NCBI GenBank assembly: GCA_013115125.1 | Contig: JABANN010000056.1 | Coordinates: 1 to 64,000, forward strand | DNA: 64,000 nt | Origin: Perkinsus olseni | Lineage: Eukaryota | Direction: 5' to 3' | In this document: positions 53,723 through 64,000 of the stretch, piece after piece | Position numbering within the stretch: position 1 is the stretch's first letter | Layout of the letters: each line of letters begins with the position of its first letter | Notes under the pieces: model-generated | What the model saw: the letters and a program-made list of their open reading frames with translations, nothing else | The model's database searches: none | Told to the model about the DNA's origin: nothing | Program-made: the position numbers and the translations under genes

Positions 53723-56700
53723 ATGACGACCGCAGAGGCAGAGCCTTCAACGCGGAGGCAGGGGAGTAAAATGCACAGGAAAGGAGGGAAAGGGAAGGGA
53801 AAAGGAAAAGGGAAGGGTAAAGGAAAAGGCAAAGGAAAAGGAAGAAAGGGTACTAGGGAGTCAATCGCCGTTGATTGGGAAGGGTAGTCCACTTCGCACG
53901 CCTCCTGACGGCGCCACTGTCTATACATTCGCTATTAATACGCAATCATTATCGAACTAGTGTTTCAAACTCCGCGAGTTGAAGGGGTGACGGTACCTCT
54001 ATGCGTAGGAGCGGGGTCGTCCATTACCAGCTATCGCTGTATAATCCTTCATCACGGCGTCAACTCCGTTGGACAATGGACTCGCGTCGAGTACCGCGTG
54101 CATGCGGCCATTTGATCTCCCCTTCCCTTGGCGATCCCACGGCGTAAACGTGTATTTGCGAAAGCTAGTAGTGGGACTAATACGTCGCTCAGATACAGCA
54201 GAGTCTGCTGGTCAGAAGGAGACTCGGCGGATGGGGTTGCGGCATCGCGAGGACGCGGAGATAGCTGACCTCGAGAACAGACTCATCATTGAGTGCCCTC
54301 GGGAGGTGAGTACCCCTTCGCCCAGTCTTCACTGCAGCTTGGTTGGTTAGGGCGAGAGTGTAGACCAATTCGAGCGCCGAAGGGGACTGGTGGATGCAGA
54401 AGGAGAGGAGCATCAGCGATTCAGTAGGTGTGGGGGTATCTAAGGTTGAAGCATGATTATGTCATTGTCAGCAACGGGGCCTGTCCTCACCGGCCACGCC
54501 TTCGGTGAACTTCCCCTCTCTCGTAAAACCCAACTAGGTCTCAAAGACCACGGCTTCACGAAGCTTACTCCGATCCAGAGGAGCGCCATCCCTTACGCCC
54601 TGGCCGGTCGAGATGTACTAGCCCCTTGCTGCTGCAGCGGGAGAGGTTCATGGTCCGCCTTGCAGGTCCTTGGCGAGGCTAGAACGGGCAGCGGCAAGTC
54701 CCTGGCCTTCATCATACCAGTCATCGAGAAACTCTACCGCATGAAGTGGAGTGCTGATGACGGTGTTGGTAGGGGTTGGGCTTCTACCGGTCCGCGTTGG
54801 AGTGCGTGTTCTCCCCTAGGTGCGGTTCTGATATCCCCTACAAGGGAGCTCTCGGCACAGATCTTCACTGTGCTGCAGCAAGTTGGCAGCCATCACGACT
54901 TCTCCGCCGGCTGTGTCGTTGGTGGACGGAAGTTCCAGGAAGAGCAGAAGGTCTTCCCCTCCCTATCAATAGTGGTCTGCACCCCTGGCCGACTACTGCA
55001 GCACATAGAAGAGACTGCTGGCAGCGACTTATCTAACGTACAAGTGTTAGTGTTGGATGAGGCTGATCGGTAGTGAAGCCTGGGCCCATGAGGTGCCGTG
55101 ATGATGATGGTCAGGATCTTGGACCTTGGCTTCAAGAGAACGGTGGAGCTCATCCTGGACGCACTACCTCCCAAGCGCCAGACGCTCCTATTCTCTGCGA
55201 CCATGCGTACCAGTGTTCAGCAGCTCGCTACGTTAGCATTGGATAATCCCGAGCTTCTATCCGTAAGGTCCCGGGTTCAATTCCTTCCGGAGGCATCCAC
55301 ATTCAGGTATCACGGAATCTCAAATCGGCCACTCCCACCGGACTGCGGCAGCTGTGCATGACAGTGAGGCTAGAAGAGAAGGTTAACTCCTTATTCACCT
55401 TCCTCAAAACTCACGCCCAAACCAAAATCATAGCGTTCGTCAGCGCCACGAAACAAGTAGGGCTCGTGGTTCAACCTCTCATTGGTTGGCATCCCCTCTG
55501 TGAGGTACGCTTCTTGTACGAGACCTTCCGACGGCTCAGACCGGGCCTGGCTGTGCTGGAGCTCCACGGTGGGATGTCTCTTGATAAGAGAATGAAGGTA
55601 GGGGGAGGCAGGCGAGAGGAGGTTCCTGTGACGGGAGTTCTGTGGCAGGTGTTTGACCAGTTCGCCTCGAAGGACAAGGGACTGTGTCTGATCTGTACTG
55701 ACGTTGCAGCGAGGGGAGTAGACTTCCCACAGGTAGGGTCACTGCTTCTGTCTGTCTGTCCTCCACCACCTCCGGTATCAGGTTGACTGGGTTATACAAG
55801 TGGATGCTCCTGATACCGCTGACACGTACATCCACAGGGTCGGCCGGACGGCCCGATTCGACCGAGAAGGCAATGCTCTCATGTTCGCTACCGAGGTAGG
55901 GTGCCAGCGGCCTCTACCACTCCATCCTGATTGTGGCCTTGTAGGTTGAGCAGGAGTCACTCTTGTCTGAGTTGGCGCAGAAGAAGGTGGATGTACGCGT
56001 CACCTCAATCAACAGGAGAAGGATGTTCAATGTAACGCCCAAGGGCCTGTTCTCCCTCGCTACCCACCGCTGCTTCAGATCACTGGTAAACTACAGAGCC
56101 TTCTTGCATCAGAGCCTGAGGTTAAGCATCTTGCCATAAAGGCGACACAGGTGGGTCGAGGAGGGCATCAACTCGTCGGGAATTGCGGGTGCTCAGGTGT
56201 ATGCACGCTCAGTGGCCCTAGCCGGCAGGACTAAACTCTCTGATGATGAGGTGGCTGCTTATGCCCATAGCCTAGGTAATAGGAGTCTGGGGCTTGATCA
56301 CGGTGATGGTCGCTGCTTGGATGGGATAGGTCTTCACGAGGCACCTCCGGTGACTCTGCCGACGCAGGAGGAGTTGACAAGCGGGAAGAAAAAGAAGAAT
56401 ATGTCGAAGTTGGAGGTAATGCAAGCGTCGTGGTGGAAGCTACTGTGCTACTGGCGGCCATGCGGGGATGGAGCTCTCTTTAGCGATTGAAGGAGAAGAT
56501 ACGGCAGAAGAAGTTAGCCAAGAAGCAGAAGGAGATGGCCGGGGAGGCCGGGGAGGGGGAGGAGGACGGTGGATGGTCGCAGCTTGAAGAGGATTTGCAA
56601 GAAAAGAAAGGTAAGCGGCAAGTGGATTGAGAAGAATCTGTGTGAAGTAGAGGGGATCGAACAGCTGCGTGCTAATGGCGCCCTTGGTCATTAATTCCTC

Positions 56701-57698
56701 CGTATTTCTAGAGGGGTGTGGAATCTCAGTGGGTAATGTGTGGAGAATTTCGAGCGCCTCGAGATTTCCAAGTTGTCGATGCGTCCCGTTTCAGCTACGA
56801 AGCTGTCCAAGTTCGAACGTCGACAGAAGCGACAGCAAGAGCTCTTCGCTGCTCAAGGCCCTGACGGCCTCAGTGGAGAGGCCCAGGAGGGTGATGAGGA
56901 AGATGATGTTCTGGTGGGTCGTATGGGGAGCGCTGCGGTTGTATTAAACGCCTGCGTTACGTGTAGGTTACTGTGAACAAGGGGGATGATGCTCCTCTGG
57001 AGGAGGAACCAGCAACACAGGCTGAGGCTCGGGCACGCGACGCCGTTAAGAAGGGGCGGTTACGCGTCAGGAAGGACGGTAGGGGAGGGATCACGGTCGG
57101 GGCTACAGTAGATCTGGCACAGGTTCGATATACGTGAGAGGCACTGGTGGCCTTGGCAAGAACCAGCATATGACCTTCGATGAGAGCGGAGATGAGGGGT
57201 CGGAGCGCGAGGAGGCTCAGGAGGATGAGGATGAAGAGAGTGAGATGAAGGAGGGAGGTGGTAGTCTGTGATGGGATGGCTGCTAGGTGCTGCCGCTGCC
57301 AAGAAGGCATTCGTAGAGTCCATGAGGCAGAAAGTAGAGGAGCGGGAGGAGGAGGATAAGAAGTTGATGCAGGAGAAGGTGATGCGGGGGAGGGTTGGGA
57401 TCGTCGAGGCAGGTGATGGCTCCATCCTAGGTTCGGGAGAAGCACCGGAAGATAAAGGAGAAGCTACGACGTAAGAGGCCTGAGGGGGAGGATGAGATGG
57501 AGGAGGTTGGAGCCGTGCTGGCGAGTCCAGAGGAGGATAGCGACACTGCCGAGGATCACGACGGAGAAGGGTAAGATAACCGGAGCCTTGGGCCAAGCCT
57601 TCACGCTGGGTTGTTTCAGATCGGTGGAGCCACCTGCTAAGCGACAGCGAGGGGAGATGGCTGACCTCGAGGCGGAGGCGTTGAAGTTGCTGGGGTAG
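53723..57698 (+). CDS. DDX10: DEAD-box RNA helicase DDX10/DBP4 with an N-terminal (GK)n tract
   Basis: Q motif [78 protein letters not shown]. Ends [11 protein letters not shown]. Confidence 0.93.
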
Positions 57699-58297
57699 AG
57701 GAGGATGCTTGTGTCATCGCTAACGTCAACTACTGAATAACGTCGCTTTAATTGTAGTATACTGTTGCTCATACCAATACTACTACTTACCATCATCATC
57801 ATAAAGTTCCTATCTGGAATTGTTTCTACGTCATCAGCCAGTCTGTTGACTTCATAGTGATGACGCGGACAGCTGCGCAAGGAGAAGGGAACTGCATACC
57901 CGATCACCGCCCGTTGCAGAGTCATGCCCCGGGGGTGTGTGAACCGGACCACCTGTCCCTACCAAACCGCGGGTTGACGGTGACCGTCAGAAGGTCTGGG
58001 AGCCCTCAGCCAATATATACTGGCCACCCATTGTCTGGTAGCTCAGGCCACTGCAGTCTTCCTGGCTCGTCTCTCTGAAAGAGTGTCAGTGGCGTCGTTC
58101 TGTTCGGTCCGGCTCCTACGTTTTCAGTTTCCGTTTTTCCCTTCCTGTATCCTTCGTCCGCAAACTTTCCTCCAGATTTTGTCGATAATCTAATGCTGAC
58201 TAATCGGGACGAGCGCACTTTCCACAAGAACATGTAGGCTGCAAAAGAGTAGCGCATTGATTCTGGTCCCTAGAGCCGGGTGAACGATGATTTCGCG

Positions 58298-59229
58298 ATG
58301 TTGTGGTATGGCTCTTTTCGAAGGTTTGCATGCGGCAGTGCGATGGCTCTCACCGTGGGGATACTGAACCCGATGGATGTGATAAAAGTGAGGATGCAGA
58401 CCTCGACGACTACTCGGACGCTGTGGGCCACAGTGAAGAGCATTGTAGGCCCGCCCTTCCCTGCAGGAATCCATATGACTCTCCTCAGTTGCACAGGGAC
58501 GGTGTGAAGGGGCTATTCCTGCCTGGCTTGAAGTCCTCCATGGCCTCCGACTTCGTCAACGGGGCCTTCCGAGTCGGCCTCTATCCCGAGGTCAAAGGCT
58601 TCCTGTCTTCCCTGTGTGACGTTCCCCCTACGAGCCTCCCCCTCTCCCTGGGCTCCTCCTTCCTCACCGGCATCGTCGGGTCGTTCCTAGGAAACCCTTT
58701 CGACTTGATAAAGATCAGGTCTCAGTACGAGGCAGGCCTCCTCGGTCCCGACGGACGCTACCTCACCGGTCGCTGTATCGGATCCAAGCCGACGTACCCC
58801 TCGGTGTGGACGGGCGTCTATTCCCTAATCAAAGATGGTACCTTGTTTCGAGGGGCCCATGCAACGTGTCTGAGGGCTGGCCTCGTGACCTGCGCACAAG
58901 TGTCCGGGTTCGAACAGACGAAGCGAGCGTGCGCGGAGTTGGGCCTGGAAGATGGCATCTTGACGCGTTTGGTCTCTGGTGTCATTTCTGGGCTCCTAGC
59001 AACCACAGTAGCTGCTCCCGTGGATCTGGTCCGAACGAGGCTCATGAGCTCCGCCACCTCCTCCCCATCATTGACCAGTGCTGTGTCGAACATCATCAAG
59101 GCCGAGGGCGTCAGAGGGTTGTTCGTGGGTTGGACTGCCGCATACATGCGCATAGGCCCCCTCTTCTTCATTAGCTGGCCTCTCATTGGTCTCCTTAGGG
59201 AACAGGTGCTGGGGCTTCCACCGTTCTGA
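58298..59229 (+). CDS. Mitochondrial carrier (SLC25), UCP/dicarboxylate-oxoglutarate-like, paralog 1
   Basis: Three PX(D/E)XX(K/R)XR motifs: NPMDVIKVRMQ, NPFDLIKIRSQ, APVDLVRTRLM. Also RVGLYP and AYMRIGP. Confidence 0.92.
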
Positions 59230-61322
59230 TCCGTACGTCTGTCCAGTCGGTTCACGCTGCACTCGACAGCCCGCGAGGATGCTCCAAGATGGAGCTCTCA
59301 GTCAACACTGCATGGGGTAACAAAGTTTCTGTGCTCCTTCACTTGTCGTTGGTGGGTGTTATTTAGCGTGCGTGCAGATGGAGATGTATCCTCAGCCACC
59401 AACTGCTCTCGGTGAAGGGGAGGTTCCCAGCCCAATGTCGTGGCGGAGTGGGGAGGGTCCCACGTAGCCTCTGCCTGTGACGCGCCGCGAGCCACGATTC
59501 GGAACACGCAACTCCGATGTCGATTTTTGCTCCTACCCTACCGATTTTCCTGTAAATTTGTGACGACACGTGGAATGAGGTATGAAGGTCCCAGTTGGTT
59601 TTTTGTACTCTGGGAAAACTCTGCAAGTGCTTCAACCATACGATACGAGTACAGGGGCGAGCGCTCTTTTCGCTGGCCCGGTGACGCAGGGCTCTACTCC
59701 GGCTGCCATATTCCGGCACCACCGTAGTGACGTTTTCATGATTTTGCTGCAGCGCGCCTCAAGCAACCACCCCATTCAATATGAAGCTTATGTCATCAAG
59801 TTCATGACAACAACCGTTGTTGAACAACGTCACAAGTTAGTGGAGTCGATCAGGACGACAGTTCTGCAGGGGCCCATGCTAGATACTCCAGCTGCGCACT
59901 ATGCTATACCCTTTGGCCAACACGTTCACTGTTTGAACCAAATCATAGCTGCTTACTCTAATATCACCACTTATTAACTGCACTTACATTTTCCCTCTCC
60001 CCCGCTATCTCTCACTTTCAGGGGAAAAAGCCAATGGTTCGGGCCCCAAGGGGCTGAGCTCCTGCGGTCAATTCGCTAATGATAAGCGGCTAGTCCTCAG
60101 TTGTCTACCCTTCGGTCTCCGTCCTCCTTGAACCACCGTTCATTTCCATCGTTATCAACTCATGTCCGTCAACAACAAAACATTGAGCGGACATCGTATT
60201 GTGCATCACATGCCTGTGCAGTGGAGTGTTCTCCCCATGGTTATTTCATGGCTCAACGGTGGACTGCTGTGGGTCATCACTGATGACTCATCAGAGTCCA
60301 ATTGATCGGACGAGCTTCCCATACAATGAAGTGCTCCACTAGCCAGGCTCACTATGTTGATACATCCGTGAGCCCTTTCGCGGCGGACCTCTGACTCGCT
60401 GACAACAGCGACTTTCATGCAGGTCGCATGATATTTAGTTACAGTTATCCCTGTATTGCCGACCCTGTACAATATATCAGCTCGCTGATCAGCTCCCCGT
60501 ATTCGAAAGCCCAACCGGGTCCGCCTTGCCACATGGAGGCTATTCATCTCCCCCTTCGTCTCTAGCTTTGGTCGAGAAAGTTGATGTTGCTCATACCGTA
60601 GAGTTGGGAAAGAATTATTCATTCTTGTCGACCTGCTGTGCCCGGCGCTCCCGAGCGATCGTGGGGCGCCGGGCACAGCTTCATTACGTAGTACTTGAAA
60701 AGGGAGGAAAAAGGTCCACAATCGCGGCGCCTCTTGGGAAAAATCCATGACACTATACAGCCACCCGGCAGCTTATACATCGGTCCAATAGTCTATCTTG
60801 ATATGTACAATATTTAATGTATCGGGCACACTGTGCACATTTTCGGCATTCACTCTCATGTGGGATTTCTTTCACGATCCAAAGACCCATGAGTCTTTCG
60901 CGAACGTAAAATGAGCGGTAAACTACTTTCTCCGCCCGCCTTCCTCTCTGGCGCCGTGACAAGTAGCCCTAGGCATCTAGGTAGGCGTGCGGTCGAAGAG
61001 ACGTCCTGAGACGCCAGACTCAACTGTCGAATGTGGTTTTCTTCTGCGGTAGCCTCTCCTGTCCTCCACGTCTCTCCAGCTATCATATCGCAGCATTATA
61101 ACCGATAGTATCGTTGCCGCCGTAAGCTCTGTATACCTTGACGTGTGTGCCGCTGATTTACGTTAGCTTGCCACCTTGCTTTCGCACGACGAACAGAACA
61201 TTTTGAGCGCTCCATTGCTGACAGTTTTGTCTTTTAATATTTCTGGATCGATTCCTATAAACCTCACCAAGGTCACCCATCACGAGACTCGAGGAGCTCA
61301 CCTTCATGCGCCCCACCTGGAT

Positions 61323-62298
61323 ATGTAGCCATCCCTCTTCTCTGCTACCAATAACTAGAGATACGCCTCAGGTTGTCCGGTGGGCTCGGTATCGCTGCGA
61401 CAGCGGCGCTGCTGAACCCTGTTGAGGTTCTGAAGGTTAGGATGCAGACGCAACAGCCACGTGTGAGCCTGACTACCATCGTGAAGTCCACTGTAAGGAC
61501 TATGTCTCCCTACATCGACATGGCACTACGCTCATCGTAAGGTTCAAGTTGTCTATGCAGGTCAAAGATGACGGCCTGTTTGGGATATGGAGAACGGGGG
61601 TACGTTACGTCATCGCCGCTGAATTCGTTAATGGATGTCTTCGCATTGGTTTGTACCCGTCCATCAAGAAGTTCTACTCCGATACCTCCAGCCTCGACTC
61701 GGCTTCGTTCCCGGTCATTCTGGCAGCTTCCCTCACCAGTGGTCTCATCGGCTCCTGCAGTACCACACCTCTCGATCGGCTGAAGATTCGTTCCCAATAC
61801 GAAGGAGGTTTGAAGGGGCCCGATGGCCGCTACGTTACCGGTCGGTGCGTCGGCGCGAAGCCTTCGTTTGACTCTGTTGTTGACGGTCTATCTAAGAACT
61901 ACGCTGCTGGGGTTCTCTTCAAAGGAGTGGTGGCTAGTTGCGCTCGGGCAAGCCTCGTGACCGGTGCCCAGATAACAACTTATGAGACTACTAAACGTAC
62001 TCTCAAGGGCTATGGAGTTGAAGAGGGGCCTCTGTTGTCAGCCATAGGCGGTATGACAGCCGGCCTGGTGGCCTCTACCGTTGCTGCTCCCGTCGATGTA
62101 GTTAGGACAAGATTAATGAGTACTGGTGAATACAACACCGGTCTCGAAGGGGCTATCAGGATTCTGCGACAAGAGGGTCTCCGAGGGCTCTGGAGGGGAT
62201 GGACAGCTGCTTACATGCGCCTTGGCCCATTCCTCCTCATCAGCTGGCCCACCATAGAATCCATACGCCGCCACGTCTTTGGTTTGCGCAGCTTCTGA
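61323..62298 (+). CDS. Mitochondrial carrier (SLC25), paralog 2
   Basis: NPVEVLKVRMQ, TPLDRLKIRSQ, APVDVVRTRLM, AYMRLGP. Intron after VKS(I/T) is in the same position as in paralog 1. Confidence 0.92.
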
Positions 62299-63327
62299 TA
62301 TATCCCTCCAACCCTTTGTAGCTCTGTTGGAGACTCGCTCAGCATCATACACCGTGAATCTCCTGTCACTCGAGGTCGCTTGTTACTAGCGGGTTCGAAT
62401 GCTAGTGGAGTACTTGTACACATGCTGGTAGTTTTTCAACTGTCTGTTGATTCGCGTTTCGATGTTTGAGTAACAGGTTGAGTTCTTCCAACTTCGCTTC
62501 GGCTCACCTCCCAGTATACCCGCGAAAATCATAGCACTGCTTTAAATCCGCGCGAGCGGCTTAGCTGCTGCACATACAACTAGGGCTTGGCGCGCTGTGG
62601 TTTCAATTTAGTAGGCATTTATTAATATTTCAAGTTATCATCATAATGGGCTCGACCGTATATACACATCCCTACGACTGTAACTGTGATCAGTGCTTGA
62701 GCCCGAGTAGCCGTCCGAAGCCTCGAGTCATCACTTTCGATCGACCAACCCCTCGCCAATGCATGCGAGCAAGAGCCGTAAGGCCGCCTACTTCACTCAG
62801 TCCCTAGCTCATCTTTAATGAAAATGTTGAACACGCTCGCGTAATCCGTGGAGTACGCGAGCAGGTTCGGAACTCGGTCATGACCTTTGATACGTCCAAT
62901 GCGAACGTATCTTATCTTAAGTTCTACATGCTCCTCTCCTACTTTATATGAGACTCGAACGTCTAATCAACATGACCGAACCTTGACTAGACTCATGACT
63001 AGGATTTTAACATCGTGTTATCACTCAGCTGGTTCATCACGTAGTCTCTCTGCTCTTGCGGTGCATTCGTTCATCGGTCATGGTCGTCGTGAGTACGACT
63101 TCTCATGGATTAGTCTGTCCTCAGGTAATTGCTTGTTGGATCGCCCTGGGTGTTGTCTACTTCCTAGTCCATCGTCGTTTGGTAGCAGTAGATTCCCAGC
63201 ATCAGCCACCTCTACAATTCTGAGTTTCTCCACGCCAATTCCGCGTTCTCTTCGGCGGTGTATCAACGGTATGTGTTCCGCTTACTTGTGGCGCGTCAGG
63301 GATTCACTGAACTCATCAATTGCAGAA

Positions 63328-63349
63328 CTCGGGCCGAGATGGCTACGGA
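63328..63349 (-). other. Relic spliced-leader-like 22-mer
   Basis: Minus strand TCCGTAGCCATCTCGGCCCGAG vs the Perkinsus SL as I recall it, ACCGTAGCCATCTTGGCTCAAG: 18/22 identical, 12-nt exact core. Confidence 0.55.
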
Positions 63350-63708
63350 CTCACTCATAGACAATGCTTCCGTTTATTCGTGGTTGGCGAGGTGGGCCCG
63401 CAAAACTGATCGGTTAGTCGGCGCGACCCACGTGTCACCGCACGGAAGCAACACGACACCGAAATGCCGATTGATGGCTTAGCACCAGTGAACGGGAAAA
63501 ACTCTAGTCTACCTCACGGTAGTTTCTAGCCATTTGGGACACTCTGTCTCTATCCCGCTGGGCGGGCGCCGAATTCGTAAGAAAAAATGTTCTGTCAGAG
63601 GGGGCTCTCAACTGCAGCATAGGCGAACCTTTATCTTGGCACGAAGCGAGTCCCATCCGAGGCAACGTCTCTGCATCGCAGCCGTGGGTATTGAATTCAG
63701 TTTTATCA

Positions 63709-64000
63709 ATGGCCAAGTCCTCCACTTCTCCACAACGGAAGTCTCCTAAACCGGTCGACCGCAGTGGTGCCAAACACTCGGCTGTGGGTCCAGCCAGGCC
63801 TGTGGTGCGGACCTTCTCTTGTTTGACCTACGTGATGGCCATCACAGTGGTCCTCATGTCCGCCCTCTTCTATAGGGTTTACTACCAGGTCATGTCTATG
63901 AATGTGGCCCTGGAGAGCATCCCAGAGACTGTACAAGGGAGCAAGGTACGCGCTGATGCCAATAACAGCTTGCTCAGCTCTAGTCTTGTTAGTGTCGTGA
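63709..64000 (+). CDS. Type II membrane protein, first exon, truncated by the window end
   Basis: MAKSSTSPQRK...FSCLTYVMAITVVLMSALFYRVYY (single TM). Donor gtacgc after 63945. Acceptor-like ttcag|tttt just upstream of the ATG. Confidence 0.55.
   Translation, partial: MAKSSTSPQRKSPKPVDRSGAKHSAVGPARPVVRTFSCLTYVMAITVVLMSALFYRVYYQVMSMNVALESIPETVQGSKVRADANNSLLSSSLVSVV

Overview
Gene-dense eukaryotic scaffold with many short (about 40-60 nt) spliceosomal introns, very short intergenic spacers and long same-strand gene blocks. These traits, a spliced-leader-like 22-mer and the gene content (PPKL, DYRKP-type kinase) point to a perkinsid alveolate, probably Perkinsus sp. (inference). Recognisable genes: a J-domain protein with a 20-aa tandem repeat, a PB1-like protein, a WD40/ankyrin/TRP-like channel, an ELAPOR/KIAA1324-like receptor, an ERICH2-like protein, proteasome alpha-7, a DYRKP-type kinase, Kelch phosphatase PPKL, Ap4A phosphorylase, a TDY MAP kinase, an ankyrin protein, DDX10/DBP4 and two paralogous mitochondrial carriers. 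The most striking unexplained structure is a family of secreted modular proteins: a tandem cluster at 25078-36736 plus a dispersed member at 9887-10727. They are built from a repeated module I do not recognise, anchored by a single-Cys helix, and share a conserved intron position. Exon boundaries were inferred by eye and are approximate.
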